DNA from: Macrostomum lignano
Lineage: Eukaryota
Reading direction: 5' to 3'
NCBI GenBank assembly: GCA_002269645.1
Contig: NIVC01001160.1
Location: 127,372-191,371, forward strand
DNA: 64,000 bases
Numbering within the stretch: the stretch's first letter is position 1; every line of letters starts with the position of its first letter. Position numbers and translations under genes: made by a program. This document shows, piece after piece, positions 22,680 to 34,858 of this stretch. The notes under the pieces were generated by a model. The model saw only the letters and a program-made list of their open reading frames with translations. It was not told the origin of the DNA and did not search any database.

Positions 22680-25634
22680 ATGGAAAACGCCGCCCTGTTT
22701 GGCAAATGGGAGAGCTACAAAAGCGATAATTTGGACGTATTCTTTGAGAAGCTGGGTGAGTTGCATGCCTGTTCCTGCAAGCTGCATCCTGGATGCTATG
22801 TGATACATGTACATGAACGTATTGTGCATGTATTGTACACAATACAAGAGCTCTGCATACTGAATGCTATAGGATACATGTGCGCGCAAATTGTACGTAA
22901 TACGACGTACATTAATACAAGCTGCATACTCGCAACACATTTTACATACTACACTCAGAGCAAGTGACAGCCAACTGCCCCTCACATTTTACATACTACA
23001 CTCAGAGCAAGCAACAGCCAACTCCCCCGTCACATAGAAACTGCTCAGTAGTCCAGCGCGGCGTTTTACTTGGCAGCGACCCAGGCTTGATTCCAAGTGC
23101 AGTCACCTTAATTTGGGGCTAAATTGGATATCTCGGCTTGGCTCTGCTCGTATAATTAACCTTGTTAACCACATGGGCCAATTTCCCAAGGCACAGTGAA
23201 GTGTACATGGCCTAACGATAAATACAGTTAGGGCCGCTGTACACTCCTGTGTGAGTGTGTGCCTGTGCGTGTGACTGCGTACGTATCCGCGCGCTTGTGT
23301 GCCTGCTCAGGGGTAGTCGGGCAGCTTATGCCTCTCGCCGATAGTGTGACAATGTTGCAAACATAATGCAAACTATGAATTATGAACTAAATTTAGAGTA
23401 CTAATGTGTAAATGATTGAGGCCATATTTCTGTACATGCCTCATTTACCTGTAGAATTGCACACGGAATAGTTAAGTACAATTTCAGGACATTTTTTAGC
23501 AAAGCAACACTGAAAGGTCGCCCGCCCCAATATTGCAGGCATGGGCTGGCTGCAGCAGAAAATAGGCCCAAAGCTGACTTCAACCCTGTTGCTTGAGAAG
23601 CTGAGCGACTCCGAGTTGAAGCTGTCAGTCAGCTCGTTGGGCTTTCACGATGAGACCATCTTTAAGGTGGACGGCATTGTGCAGTGGTCTGGCGGCGCCA
23701 AAGAGATGCACGATGTGAGTTGGATAAGATTTATGATCAAGGCCGGGTCATGACCCGGATCGTGACCTCAACCTGCATGACATCCCAGCAGCATGACCTT
23801 CCAACCTAATGACACCCCAGCAGCATGACCCTCCAGCCTATGCCACCCCAGCAGCATAACCCTCCACCTGCATGACACCCCAGCAGCATGACCCTCCACC
23901 TGCATGACACCCCAGCAGCATGACCCTCCACCTGCATGACACCCCAGCAGCATGACCCTCCAGCCTAATGACACCCCAGCAGCATGACCCTCCAGCCTAA
24001 TGACACCCCAGCAGCATGACCCTCCACCTGCATGACACCCCAGCAGCATGACCCTCCACCTGCATGACACCCCAGCAGCATGACCCTCCACCTGCATGAC
24101 ACCCCAGCAGCATGACCCTCCACCTGCATGACACCCCAGCAGCATGACCCTCCACCTGCATGACACCCCAGCAGCATGATCCTCCACCTGCATGACACCC
24201 CAGCAGCATGACCCTCCACCTGCATGACACCCCAGCAGCATGACCCTCCACCTGCATGACACCCCAGCATGATCAGATCCTCCCAAAATGAAGAATCTGC
24301 CACTCTGCGGCTTCAGGCGCTGACCAAATGGGAGGACGGCAAGCTGGTGATTTACACGGGGCCGCTGAATTCGGCCAGCGCTGACGATGTCAAAGCCAAT
24401 TCGAAGGTGAAAATTGTACGCGAAATCACCGGCGACGGAGAACTGCTTATGGTGAGTGCAATGCACATGTACATGTATACAATTGTACATGCTGCGTTAA
24501 CCATTTGGAAGCCAAAGGCCTGCACCGCAGGCCATACCGAAACGGCCCAAAAACCCTGAGATTGAAAAATGGCTATGGAATCAAAAACCATCTCCCAGTC
24601 ACTAAAGCAAGTGCCCAGTATGGCCTGCTGTGCAGGTCATGACTGATTTAAAGAAGTCCATTATGCATTTCCATTATGTTTTCACTCAAATATTAAAGGT
24701 CTGATCGCACCTCACGAAGCCCTGACCCGGAGCAGCCACTAACTTTTCTTGCAATTCTTATGGGATTCCACGATTATTTCGAACAGTTCCGGTGAGCACG
24801 GTCTTTTTGTTAAACAAGTAGATGGCCAATCTGTGTGACGTAAACCAACTGTCCGTGTATATGTGGTATCCTTCACTCAGTCACTTTTTCATCTCGGCAA
24901 CACAGCATGGTTTAAGAGCAGACAGTCCAGCAGGAAACTCTTCCTTGCCAGTTTCTGCACTCTCCTGCTGGAACTCCTTGACTGCCAGCCACATTCGCTC
25001 ATTGGTCCATGTGACAAGACTGGTGAGAAACTCTTTAGTCAGGAAGATGGATAAAAATTCTTTCACACTTTCGTCTGGGTTTTCTGGTATAAAGATGCTT
25101 GGATTAATGGTCGAAAACCCTCGGAGTTCCGGCACCCGTCGTGGTCAAACGAGTTGTCATTTCCAGGGGCTACTTCAACACATTTCGCGGTCGCCTTATC
25201 TGATCAGTTTCTCTGATCAGTTTCTGGATCCATGCTTTCCGACTCCGTTTCTGACTCAAAAACCGTCGAGTCATGGCTTGATAAAGCGTCTTCCGAATCG
25301 GAATCGAGTCCCAGTCTGCGCAAGGCGTCACTTTTAGCTGTCCTTTTCGGCCGCGTAGAAGCCATTTGTGGGTAGGAAGGTTTGAACAGGAGCTATCAGA
25401 AAAACTCTGTGGTATATTTTACTTTACTTCTGGGCTTCTAGAGTGTGCACTCGACTCAGCAAAAAAGACAAATTTGTCTATGGACTGCTCTGCAGGCCTT
25501 TGGGCTTTTAAGCCATCTTACAGAACCAAGCTTGGGCGCGAAGTGGTTAAGGTAAATTTAACCTATTTTTCTCTTTGCAGACGATAATCCACCCGGAAGT
25601 GACGGCAACTCGTCACTACAAAAAGAAGAATTAA
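22680..25634 (+). CDS. FABP: Fatty acid-binding protein (FABP/lipocalin-like); exons 22680-22755, 23539-23714, 24317-24451, 25581-25634
   Basis: MENAALFGKWESYKSDNLDVFFEKLG|MGWLQQKIG...FKVDG|ALTKWEDGKLV...IVREITGDGELLM|TIIHPEVTATRHYKKKN*. Intron phases 1,0,0 give the 4-exon layout typical of FABP genes. Confidence 0.9.
23051..23286 (+). repeat. Dispersed repeat of about 230 bp, copy B
   Basis: See 5450-5677. Confidence 0.8.
23770..24270. repeat. 32-bp minisatellite (CCTGCATGACACCCCAGCAGCATGACCCTCCA) in FABP intron 2
   Basis: Direct periodicity. Confidence 0.95.
24501..25546 (-). mobile_element. Internally deleted piggyBac-like DNA transposon in FABP intron 3
   Basis: Flanked by TTAA (24497-24500, 25547-25550) with imperfect TIRs TTAA-CCAYTTSG. 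Minus strand carries an acidic N-terminus (DSDSEDALSSHDS...ETESES) fused to YHIYTDSWFTSHRLA...LTGTVRNNRGIP, a PGBD catalytic-region motif. Confidence 0.8.
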
Positions 25635-26253
25635 TGAAAATAATTGAGCATTAGCGGATCGCGGATTATGGATTATATTGGACTCGATGTTTAGCTTTAT
25701 AATAGCTATATTTATATTCACAGAATCTGCTTGCTTCGCTAATGATATATAGAAAATAGAAGACACCATGATTGTCACGAACTATATTGGATTTGGTACA
25801 TGTATATGATGAATATAGAGTGACTTTGTGAGCCAGCTTTCTGTTTCAGTACATGCAGTACGTAACACGTACTGCACATCTTATGTACATTTGACGCAGT
25901 ACAACTTGTACATATACATATAATGCTTATAATAATTACGACGTAACAGCTCGTATTCAAAAATTTTATTAGCTCTGAGAGAGACAGAAATTAAAGGTAA
26001 TACTGTGGCGGTCACGCCACACGCGCGTACGCGCTCCAGCAGCCACCCCAACCCCGGCCGGGGTCAGGCCGGCGCTATGTGCACGGTCGCTGTGCGTTGA
26101 TTGGCTGCCCAGTGTACACCGCTGGCCTATATAACTTTAGACTTTTGTCTCGCGCGCCTCCACCCTGCTACTTCCAAATAAACTTTACGTGGCTCAACTC
26201 GCCACATTGGTGAGCCCGACTCTCAACCGCCTGTTTGAGAATAACTCCTCAGT

Positions 26254-26946
26254 ATGTCAACTGAGTCTGCGGTGGCCCTCAAGCTGCCCACGTTCTGGGC
26301 CAGCCAGCCTCGCGCCTGGTTCATCCAGGCAGAGGCGCAATTCGTCTTCCGCAACATCACGCAAGACGCTACCAAGTACTTTCACCTCGTAGCCGCGCTG
26401 GACCAGCAGTCAGCCGATCGCCTGCTGGACGTGCTTGAGACACCGCCGGCTGAGAACAAGTACGATTCTCTCAAGGCCCGCCTCCTCGGCACATTCGGCC
26501 TGACGCAGCAACAGCGTGCCAGCCGGCTGCTCAACCTGGCCGGCCTCGGTGACCGCCGCCCGTCCAAGCTCATGGACGAGATGCTGGCCCTGCTCGGCAA
26601 CCACCGGCCCTGCATGCTCTTCGAGGAGCTTTTTCGCCAGCAGATGCCGGCAGACATTCGCATGGCACTCGTCTCCGCGGATTTCGCTGACCCGCGCGCA
26701 GTTGCGCGACTCGCGGATGAACTCTGGGCGAGCCCGGCACAGCCCGTGGCCACCGCCACCCTGCCGCCAGAGCACCCGCCGGTAGTTGCTGCCACCGCCC
26801 GCCCAGCTCGCGCCAAGCCGCAGCAGCACCAGCCGAGGGAGGCCGACGGCCCCATCTGTTTCTTCCACCGGAAGTTCGGCGCCAAGGCCCGGCGTTGCGA
26901 GCCGCCCTGCCAGTTCTCGGGAAACGGACCGGCCGGCCGTCAGTGA
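26254..26946 (+). CDS. gag: Gag of the CsRn1-like element
   Basis: [23 protein letters not shown]-terminus; CHCC finger [18 protein letters not shown]. Confidence 0.93.
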   Translation: MSTESAVALKLPTFWASQPRAWFIQAEAQFVFRNITQDATKYFHLVAALDQQSADRLLDVLETPPAENKYDSLKARLLGTFGLTQQQRASRLLNLAGLGDRRPSKLMDEMLALLGNHRPCMLFEELFRQQMPADIRMALVSADFADPRAVARLADELWASPAQPVATATLPPEHPPVVAATARPARAKPQQHQPREADGPICFFHRKFGAKARRCEPPCQFSGNGPAGRQ

Positions 26947-29900
26947 ACGTTTCGACGGCCGGCAGCAACAACCTCCTGCTCATCCCCGACGTAGCCACGG
27001 GCCGGCGCTTCTTGGTCGACACCGGCGCTGAGGTGAGCATTTTTCCTGTCTCGGGGGCAGACGCCCGCTCGCATACACCCGGCCCGCCGCTTTTCGCGGC
27101 CAACGGCAGCCCGATCCGCACGTTCGGCAGCCGGACACTGACGCTCGACCTCGGCGTCAAGGCCTGCACCTGGCCGTTCATCCTGGCCGAGGTGTCACGG
27201 CCGTTGATCGGCGCGGACTTCCTGCGGCACCACGGCCTACTGGTGGACATGCCGAACCGCCGTCTGCTCGACACTAGCTCGCTGTCCAGCGCCCACCTGC
27301 TGCTCGGGTCCGGCCCGGCACCTCAGCTCGCCGCCGCCGTCGCTGGGGACCCGTACAGCCAGCTGCTCGCGGAGTTCCCGTCGCTGACGGAGCCGAGTTT
27401 CCAGAAAGCCCGGCCGCTCCACGGGGTCCAACATCATATTCCTACGACGGGCCCCCCTGTCCACGCCCGGGCGCGCCGCCTGCCGCCTGACAAGCTGGCG
27501 GTGGCCAAGGAGGAATTCCGCAACCTGGAGCAGCTGGGCATCGTGCGGCGGTCCTGCAGCCCCTGGTCGTCGCCGCTGCACATGGTGCCAAAGGCCTCCG
27601 GGGGTTGGCGGCCCTGCGGCGATTTCCGGCGGCTCAACGACGCCACGGTGCCCGACCGCTACCCGGTGCCGCACATTCAGGACTTTTCTGCGCGGCGGTC
27701 CGGGTGCAACATTTTCTCCAAGATCGACCTGGTGCGGGGCTACCACCAGATCCCGGTTGCCGAGGCCGACATCGCCAAGACGGCCGTCATCACGCCATTC
27801 GGCCTGTTCGAGTTTCTCCGGATGCCATTCGGACTCAAAAACGCCGCCCAGGCCTTCCAACGGCTGATTGACACGGTCTGTCAGGGCTTGGACTTCGTGT
27901 TCGCCTATATCGACGACTTCCTAGTGGCGAGCAGCGGCCCTCAGCAGCATCTGGAGCACCTGCGCACGCTGTTCCAGCGCCTGGCAGACAACGGCCTCCT
28001 CATCAATCCAGCCAAGTGCCAGTTTGGCCGCAGCGAAATCGACTTTCTAGGCCACCTCATCAACAGCCGGGGCGCCATGCCGCTGCCAGACAAAGTCGAA
28101 GCCATCGCCCGATTCGCTCCGCCCGCGACCTTCAAGGGCCTGCAAGAGTTCGCCGGCATGGTGAACTTCTATCACCGGTTCGTGCCGCGGGCCGCCCAGT
28201 TGCTGCGCCCCATCTACGGCGCCCTGGCCAGCAAGGACAAGATCGTTCAGTGGACACCGGAGCTGACGGACGCCTTCAACAGCACGAAGCAGGCCCTGGT
28301 TGACGCGACCATGCTTGCGCACCCGGAGCCCGACGCCCCAACGGCGCTGACGGTCGACGCCTCGGACACCGCCATCGGGGCGGTTCTGGAGCAGCGTGTC
28401 GGCGAGACCTGGCGGCCACTCGCTTTCTTCAGCCGCCAACTGCGGCCGGCTGAACAAAAGTACAGCGCTTTCGACCGGGAGTTACTCGCTCTCTATCTGG
28501 CCACGCGGCATTTCCGCTACTTTTTGGAAGGCCGCATCTTCACCGCCTACACCGACCACAAACCCCTGGTCGCGGCCATGGCCAAGTTGTCGGATCCCTG
28601 GTCAGCGCGCCAGCAGCGGCACCTCGCATACGTGTCGGAGTTCACCACCGACATCCGGCACGTGGCAGGCAAGGACAATCCGGTGGCCGACGCCCTGTCC
28701 CGCTGCACCGTCACCTCTGTGCAGCCGCTGCTCCCCGGCATCGACTACGCGGCCCTGGCACGCGCGCAGCTAGTGGACGATCCCGCGCTCGCCGGCACCG
28801 GCCTGCGGCTCGAGCGCGTGATGTTGCGTCCCGGCCTGGAGGTCATCTGCGACACCGTGACCGGCCGCCCGCGCCCGCTGGTGCCCACCGACTTCCGCCG
28901 CGCCGTTTTCGACGCAGTCCACGGCCTGGCGCACCCGTCCGTACGCAGTACGCGGCGCCTGGTGTCCGAGAAGTTCGTGTGGCCGGGAATCAACAGGGAC
29001 GTCGGCCAATGGGCTCGCAGCTGCATCGCCTGCCAGACGGCCAAGGTGCAGCGCCACGTGACCGCCCCGCCCGCCAGCATCCCGGTGCCCAGCAGCCGTT
29101 TCGCGCACGTCCACATCGACCTTGTCGGACCGCTGCCGCAGTCCCGCGGCTTCACGCACCTGCTGACCGTAGTCGACAGGTTCTCCCGCTGGCCGGAAGC
29201 TTTCCCCTTGGCCGACACTTCCGCTGCCTCCTGCGCGTCCGCTTTCATCGCCGGTTGGATCGCCCGCTTCGGCGTGCCCAGTGACGTCACGTCCGACCGC
29301 GGCTCCCAGTTCACCTCCGGGCTATGGGCCAACGTGTCGCGGCTGCTGGGCGTGCAGCTGCACCACACCACCGCTTTTCACCCACAGGCTAACGGCCTGG
29401 TGGAACGCTTCCACCGCCAGCTCAAGGCATCCCTGATGGCGCGCCTGACCGGACCGACTTGGACCGACGAGCTGCCCTGGGCGTTGCTCGGCATCCGCAC
29501 GGCTCCCAAGGAGGACATCGGCGCCTCCTCGGCCGAGCTGGTCTACGGCGCCCCGCTGACGGTACCGGGAGAATGCCTGCAGGCCGCGCCACCCGAGGGC
29601 TCTTACGACCAGTTCCTGGCCCGGTTACGCAGCGCGGTGCAGTCGTTCCGGCCGCCTCCAACCTCGCGACATGGCCGCGTCGCTGCCTACGTGCCTGCTG
29701 CCCTGGAGTCCTGCACGCACGTCTTCATCCGCCGCGACGGCCACCGGCCATCTCTGCAGCGGCCGTACTTCGGGCCCTTCCAGGTCCTTGAGCGCGGCGA
29801 CAAGACCTTCCGCCTCGACCTGGGCACGCGGCAGGATCACGTGGCAGTGGACAGACTCAAGCCTGCGGCGCTCGATCCCGGCGAGGCGATTCCGGCTCCG

Positions 29901-30107
29901 GCTCTGCGGCCACGAGGCCGCCCCCGCCTGGACGGCCGGCCACAACTGCCACGTGGTGGAGACCCTCCGGTCGCAGCTGCGCACCCGCAAGCGCCACCGG
30001 GGCTCCCACCAACGCGCCTCCCACCGGTGCAAGCGACCCGGCCTCCAGCGTCTGGTCGCCGCCAGCTTCCGCCTCGCCGGTGCCGCCCGACGCGGTTTCG
30101 GTCCTAG
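26919..30107 (+). CDS. pol: Pol (PR-RT-RNase H-integrase) expressed by -1 frameshift
   Basis: Slippery heptamer G GGA AAC at 26919-26925. Motifs FLVDTGA, YIDD, DAS..., H-LAHP...[18 protein letters not shown]. Frame is uninterrupted. Confidence 0.95.
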   Translation, partial: GKRTGRPSVNVSTAGSNNLLLIPDVATGRRFLVDTGAEVSIFPVSGADARSHTPGPPLFAANGSPIRTFGSRTLTLDLGVKACTWPFILAEVSRPLIGADFLRHHGLLVDMPNRRLLDTSSLSSAHLLLGSGPAPQLAAAVAGDPYSQLLAEFPSLTEPSFQKARPLHGVQHHIPTTGPPVHARARRLPPDKLAVAKEEFRNLEQLGIVRRSCSPWSSPLHMVPKASGGWRPCGDFRRLNDATVPDRYPVPHIQDFSARRSGCNIFSKIDLVRGYHQIPVAEADIAKTAVITPFGLFEFLRMPFGLKNAAQAFQRLIDTVCQGLDFVFAYIDDFLVASSGPQQHLEHLRTLFQRLADNGLLINPAKCQFGRSEIDFLGHLINSRGAMPLPDKVEAIARFAPPATFKGLQEFAGMVNFYHRFVPRAAQLLRPIYGALASKDKIVQWTPELTDAFNSTKQALVDATMLAHPEPDAPTALTVDASDTAIGAVLEQRVGETWRPLAFFSRQLRPAEQKYSAFDRELLALYLATRHFRYFLEGRIFTAYTDHKPLVAAMAKLSDPWSARQQRHLAYVSEFTTDIRHVAGKDNPVADALSRCTVTSVQPLLPGIDYAALARAQLVDDPALAGTGLRLERVMLRPGLEVICDTVTGRPRPLVPTDFRRAVFDAVHGLAHPSVRSTRRLVSEKFVWPGINRDVGQWARSCIACQTAKVQRHVTAPPASIPVPSSRFAHVHIDLVGPLPQSRGFTHLLTVVDRFSRWPEAFPLADTSAASCASAFIAGWIARFGVPSDVTSDRGSQFTSGLWANVSRLLGVQLHHTTAFHPQANGLVERFHRQLKASLMARLTGPTWTDELPWALLGIRTAPKEDIGASSAELVYGAPLTVPGECLQAAPPEGSYDQFLARLRSAVQSFRPPPTSRHGRVAAYVPAALESCTHVFIRRDGHRPSLQRPYFGPFQVLERGDKTFRLDLGTRQDHVAVDRLKPAALDPGEAIPAPALRPRGRPRLDGRPQLPRGGDPPVAAAHPQAPPGLPPTRLPPVQATRPPASGRRQLPPRRCRPTRFRS

Positions 30108-30491
30108 GCCAGCGCTGGGGGGAGCCATGTGGCGGTCACGCCACACGCGCGTACGCGCTCCAGCAGCCACCCCAACCCCGGCCGGGGTCAGGCCGGCGCT
30201 ATGTGCACGGTCGCTGTGCGTTGATTGGCTGCCCAGTGTACACCGCTGGCCTATATAACTTTAGACTTTTGTCTCGCGCGCCTTCACCCTGCTACTTCCA
30301 AATAAACTTTACGTGGCTCAACTCGCCACAATACCATAGATATATCTTCAAGTTGGTGATGCATACTTAGTTCCATCGTAGACTGCGCACACCCGAGAAA
30401 AATTCTGAATACTTACATCTAAATGATACTTACTACATCCAGTTGTCCCTGGAAAAAATTCTCAGAATAGGCCGAAGCATAAAATTCTTAC

Positions 30492-32179
30492 GGGTGCACG
30501 ACAATTTGACTGCCACAATTTGACTGCCGACAAAATGACTGCGAACAAAATGACTGCGGTCAAAATGACTGCCGACAATTTGACTGCGGACAAAATGACT
30601 GCCGACAAAATGACTGCCGACAATTTGACTGCCAACAAAATGACTGCCGACAAAATGACTGCCAACAAAATGACTGCCGACAATATGACTGCGGCAATTT
30701 GACTGCCAGCAAAATGACTGCGGCAATTTAACTGCCGAGCAATATGACTGCGGCAATTTGACTGCCAGCAATATGACTGCGGACAATTTGACTGCCGAGC
30801 AATATGACTGCGGCAATTTGACTGCGGTCAATTTGACTGCGGACAATTTGACTGCCGAGCAATTTGACTGCCAGCGAAATGACTGCCGAGCAATTTGACT
30901 GCCTCAAATACTACACGTACACCCTCTTTATATATGTATTGATCGTATTTATGCAGGACTAAAAATTCGTTCTTTACGAGTAACGATAGCTCGTACAAGC
31001 TACATTTGCCTTTCAGCAATACATGCATGTGTTATGACGAATGTTCAAACGGATCAAAAGTAAAAGTAAAGTTCAAAAGTAAAGATGAGAGGGGGATGAG
31101 AGAGCAAAGATGAGTCAGAGAGTGAACACGATGTATGAGAGGAGAGAGGAGAGCGCAGAGAGAGAAGAGAAAAGACAAGAGAAGGAGAGAGTATAGAAGA
31201 AAGAAGAGAAGAAAAGAAAAGGGAAGAAAGGAGAAAGGAAAGAGAGGAGTCAAAAGAGGGGAAAGAGAAGAGTACAGAGGAGAGAGGTGAGAGAACATAC
31301 CAGTATAAGAGAGTAAATATGACAGATGAGAGAGGGGAGATGAGAGAGCAGAGACGAGAGAGAAGTGAGAAAACAGAAGAGAAGATAGAAGGTTCAAAGG
31401 ATGCAAGGAACATTGGGATCGAGAGGCAGAAGTAGAGGCCAGAGTTTTTCTGACATTCTGCGCCGCACCCCAGCCAACAATATCAATAGTTTGCCTCCAA
31501 TCCTAATTTTACACGAATGTAATCTATGTTACAGTATGTTTAACTCTAATAATAAAAGTTTTTGCTTGAGTTTAACTTCAGATTTTAGAATATATGCAAA
31601 ATACGAGAGTAGTTCCTAAGATTGGAATTCCCATTTCCCACTGTTCAAAATCCGCGGGTTTCAACAGCTGTTACAGCTTGTTGTATAAAGGTTATGTGTT
31701 CTGTTCTGCATCATTCTAGCTCGTAAATACAATATTTCACTACATGCATAGACTTAAAAGGGTTGACAGAGTGCTAAACTTTAGGAGCATCATTTTTCCG
31801 GCAGTCATTTCGCTGGCAGTCAAATTGCTCGGCAGTCAAATTGTCCGCAGTCAAATTGACCGCAGTCAAATTTCCGCAGTCATTTTGTCGGCAGTCAAAT
31901 TGCCGCAGTCATATTGTCGGCAGTCAAATTTCCGCAGTCATTTTGTCGGCAGTCATTTTGTTGGCAGTCATTTTGTCGGCAGTCATTTTGTCCGCAGTCA
32001 AATTGTCGGCAGTCATTTTGTCCGCAGTCATTTTGTTCGCAGTCATTTTGTCCGCAGTCATTTTGTTCGCAGTCATTTTGTCGGCAGTCAAATTGCTCGG
32101 CAGTCAAATTGTCGGCAGTCAAATTGACCGCAGTCAAATTGTGGCAGTCAAATTGTGGCAGTCAATTGTCGTAGACCCC
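30492..32179. mobile_element. Non-autonomous foldback/Mutator-like element with long modular TIRs
   Basis: Termini GGGTGCACGACAATTTGACTGC and its reverse complement. About 400-bp arms built of 15-bp tandem units (AAATGACTGCCGACA) at 30500-30905 and inverted at 31795-32165. TSD ATTCTTAC on both sides. GA-rich non-coding interior. Confidence 0.85.
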
Positions 32180-34858
32180 ATTCTTACACATATATTGTGT
32201 GCATCTTTGTACATGTAGAGGAGACTTGCGCATAAGTTGTCATTATGGTCCCATAAGAAATCGGTGTGTTTTGAAAATATTTCATTAAATCTGAAGCCGT
32301 AGCTACTACCCCCTGTTTGTGAGTAATATTAAATTTGATATCGGGCTTTGTACATGTGTACTTGATAGCTCGTACATGTTATAAAAGCTTTCTGACAAAA
32401 AGACACATTTCGATTTTTTGATCATTTGAGTTATGGGGCTACCCCTAATGTACATGTACACGCAGCTGCTCAACTTTTGCTGGTCAACTTTTTAAATGTA
32501 CTGATGGTGTCCATTTTTACACTGTACGCTGGAAAAACTTCGGAGGATAGACTGGAAGCCGTTCATTGTGTAGCTTATTAGTTTTATTTATTCAGTCTGT
32601 ATTTCAACCAATAAAAAACTTTAAACCAAAAAAGGCATTTAACTGCGTAAAAGGTAGGTACAATATAATTTTGTTAAGAGCTACTTTGCTAAAATATACT
32701 AGCGTTTTTTACCTTTAACGTACGAGCGTATTAACCTTTAACTTATTAATAACGCGACGACTATTTACTCTAAGATTTCAAACGGTGATCAATTGCACAA
32801 GTTGTACATTCATCCCGATTAGGCATTTTGTTTAATTCTGAACTTTGCAAGCCTAAAACTGTTTAGGCCTACACTGCCACATGTGTGCATTGCTATGCTT
32901 TTGGTACAGAATGAATGTCAATCATTTAATCAGTAAAATGGTATTTAACTACGAGGGAGGGGCCTAGGCTTAGCCGCCTAGGCCTATGAACACTGTTTAT
33001 TTGCTTTACCTTTGGCTTTAAGTAGCTTTATAAAGAAGCTACTGCCTACTTAAAGGTAGAGTTGTTGAAGATCTGCAACAGCAGACTGCAGAGCAGACTA
33101 GTGAGGGGCGAGGGCCTATATATTTAAATTAGGTCTTTGACTAGACTAGGCCTACTTATATGCCATGGCCATATCACTATCAGGGATCAGGCCATAGGCA
33201 TAGGCCTAGTCTTTAGTTTGGAAGGTGACATGTACACCAGGATTTCCTGGCGTACAACAAGGGTCTTACCATTTTTCAGTGTACATCAGGATATATCTAG
33301 GCATACATGACATAGCAGATACATTGTGTCAAATGACAGTTTTTTATATTGGCACACAAACCTGGCACACAAATGAGGTCTCAACTCTTGTCATTTTTTG
33401 CCTCTGGAATTGAACCTGGTAGGCCTATACATTAATACACAATCCAAACTATGGCCCATAGTCAATTCAGCATTGATGATGTAGGCCTTATTATCTCAAT
33501 ATCTACATTAGAAAAAACTTTCTTTGTTTATGCCAATAGATGGCTCACCTAATCTAGATATCAGTAGGCTAAGCCTATATGTAGATACCCTGCATTGTGC
33601 TATCTGCACTAAAAATTAGAGTCAAATATATTTCTGTTTTGTGTGGGAAGATTTTCTATAAAATGATAAAATAACATTATCCTCATAGTGTGGATTAGAG
33701 CTAGAGGTAAGTTAGGGCCTATTGACATTTTCCCTAACTAAGATTAAGAAAAGATGCCTACCTAGAGTTGTAGTCTAGCATGTCTAGACTTTACTATAAA
33801 TAGCTAAGTAGATAAGCCTAGGTAAGCCTAGGTAAGAATAAGATAAAAAGGAATTTTAAGCTAATTCAATTTGATATTAATATTAATAACCTCTTTAAAT
33901 GTTCTATAGAGCCAATTTCAATGCAATATAAACCCATGTTAAATGTTAATATTTTTCAAATTTGAAATCAGTGCATAACCTTAAATTTATGTACTAGTGT
34001 TATGCCTTTATCATAGTATACTCGAATGTTCTTTCAATGTAATAACTGTATATTCGAATCTTTCTTAGAAACTGAATCTACGCGAACGCCAAATAATAGT
34101 TTGTTTTAATGCGCGAAATAAATTGGAGAATTATTTTTTGTTTTAATCGTATGTGGGGAAAATCACTATATATAGGAGCGGTTTTGCGACAAATATACTC
34201 TAACTGTCTTTTACTCGTGAGCAAATAATTGCGAACAGAATAAGCAGTTCAATCTAAACCATTTCAAAGTCTTTGAGCTAAATAGCGACTTATTTATTTG
34301 CAAAACCTGTGAAACGATTCTAAGAAATTTGCTAAGAGAAGGGAATTGGGACTAATTCTTGGAGATATACCAAGAGAGGCGCCGTGACCCTCTAGTCTCG
34401 GTGAACGCCCGATTAGGACTATACACTAATACATATACCAGTACTAGACCGCTCAGGCCATAAGCTACTAGAACGCTACCAGAAAGCAAGCCATAAGCTA
34501 CCAGAAACGCTACTAAGAACGCTACCAGAAACGCTACTAAGAACGCTACCCAGAAATATTTAAATGAAATTCTAAGAAATAGTTAGGGAGTAAAAGCAAG
34601 TATAATCAGGATAACTGTAGTTGGCAAATCGGTGGGATTAAAATTGATAAAGTAAGAGGTGAAAGGCCTGTAACAACTTTGGTAGCAGCTCGTAGGATAT
34701 TTAATAAACACTAATAGTTAGAAGTTTAGAAAGACAGAGCCAAAAAGACCTGTCACAGCTGGTGGCAGCGATAAGGATTAGAGAAACGGCGCGAACTCTT
34801 AAAGCTAGATTCAGAAGAATTCCGAAGAATAATTTGAAAAGTTTTTCGTAGAGAAAAG

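Larger units (their letters stand above)
26004..30330 (+). mobile_element. Full-length Ty3/Gypsy LTR retrotransposon, CsRn1/Kabuki/Boudicca lineage
   Basis: LTRs 26004-26206 and 30128-30330 (203 bp, TGTGGCG...CGCCACA, one mismatch seen). 4-bp TSD ATAC. PBS TGGTGAGCCCGAC (tRNA-Trp-like). PPT GGGGGGAG. Confidence 0.97.

Noticed and set aside
32860-33500. Clustered TAGGCCTA and TACATGTA palindromes as a regulatory code
   Set aside because: They occur scattered throughout the AT-rich DNA of the window and look like a genome-wide compositional feature.
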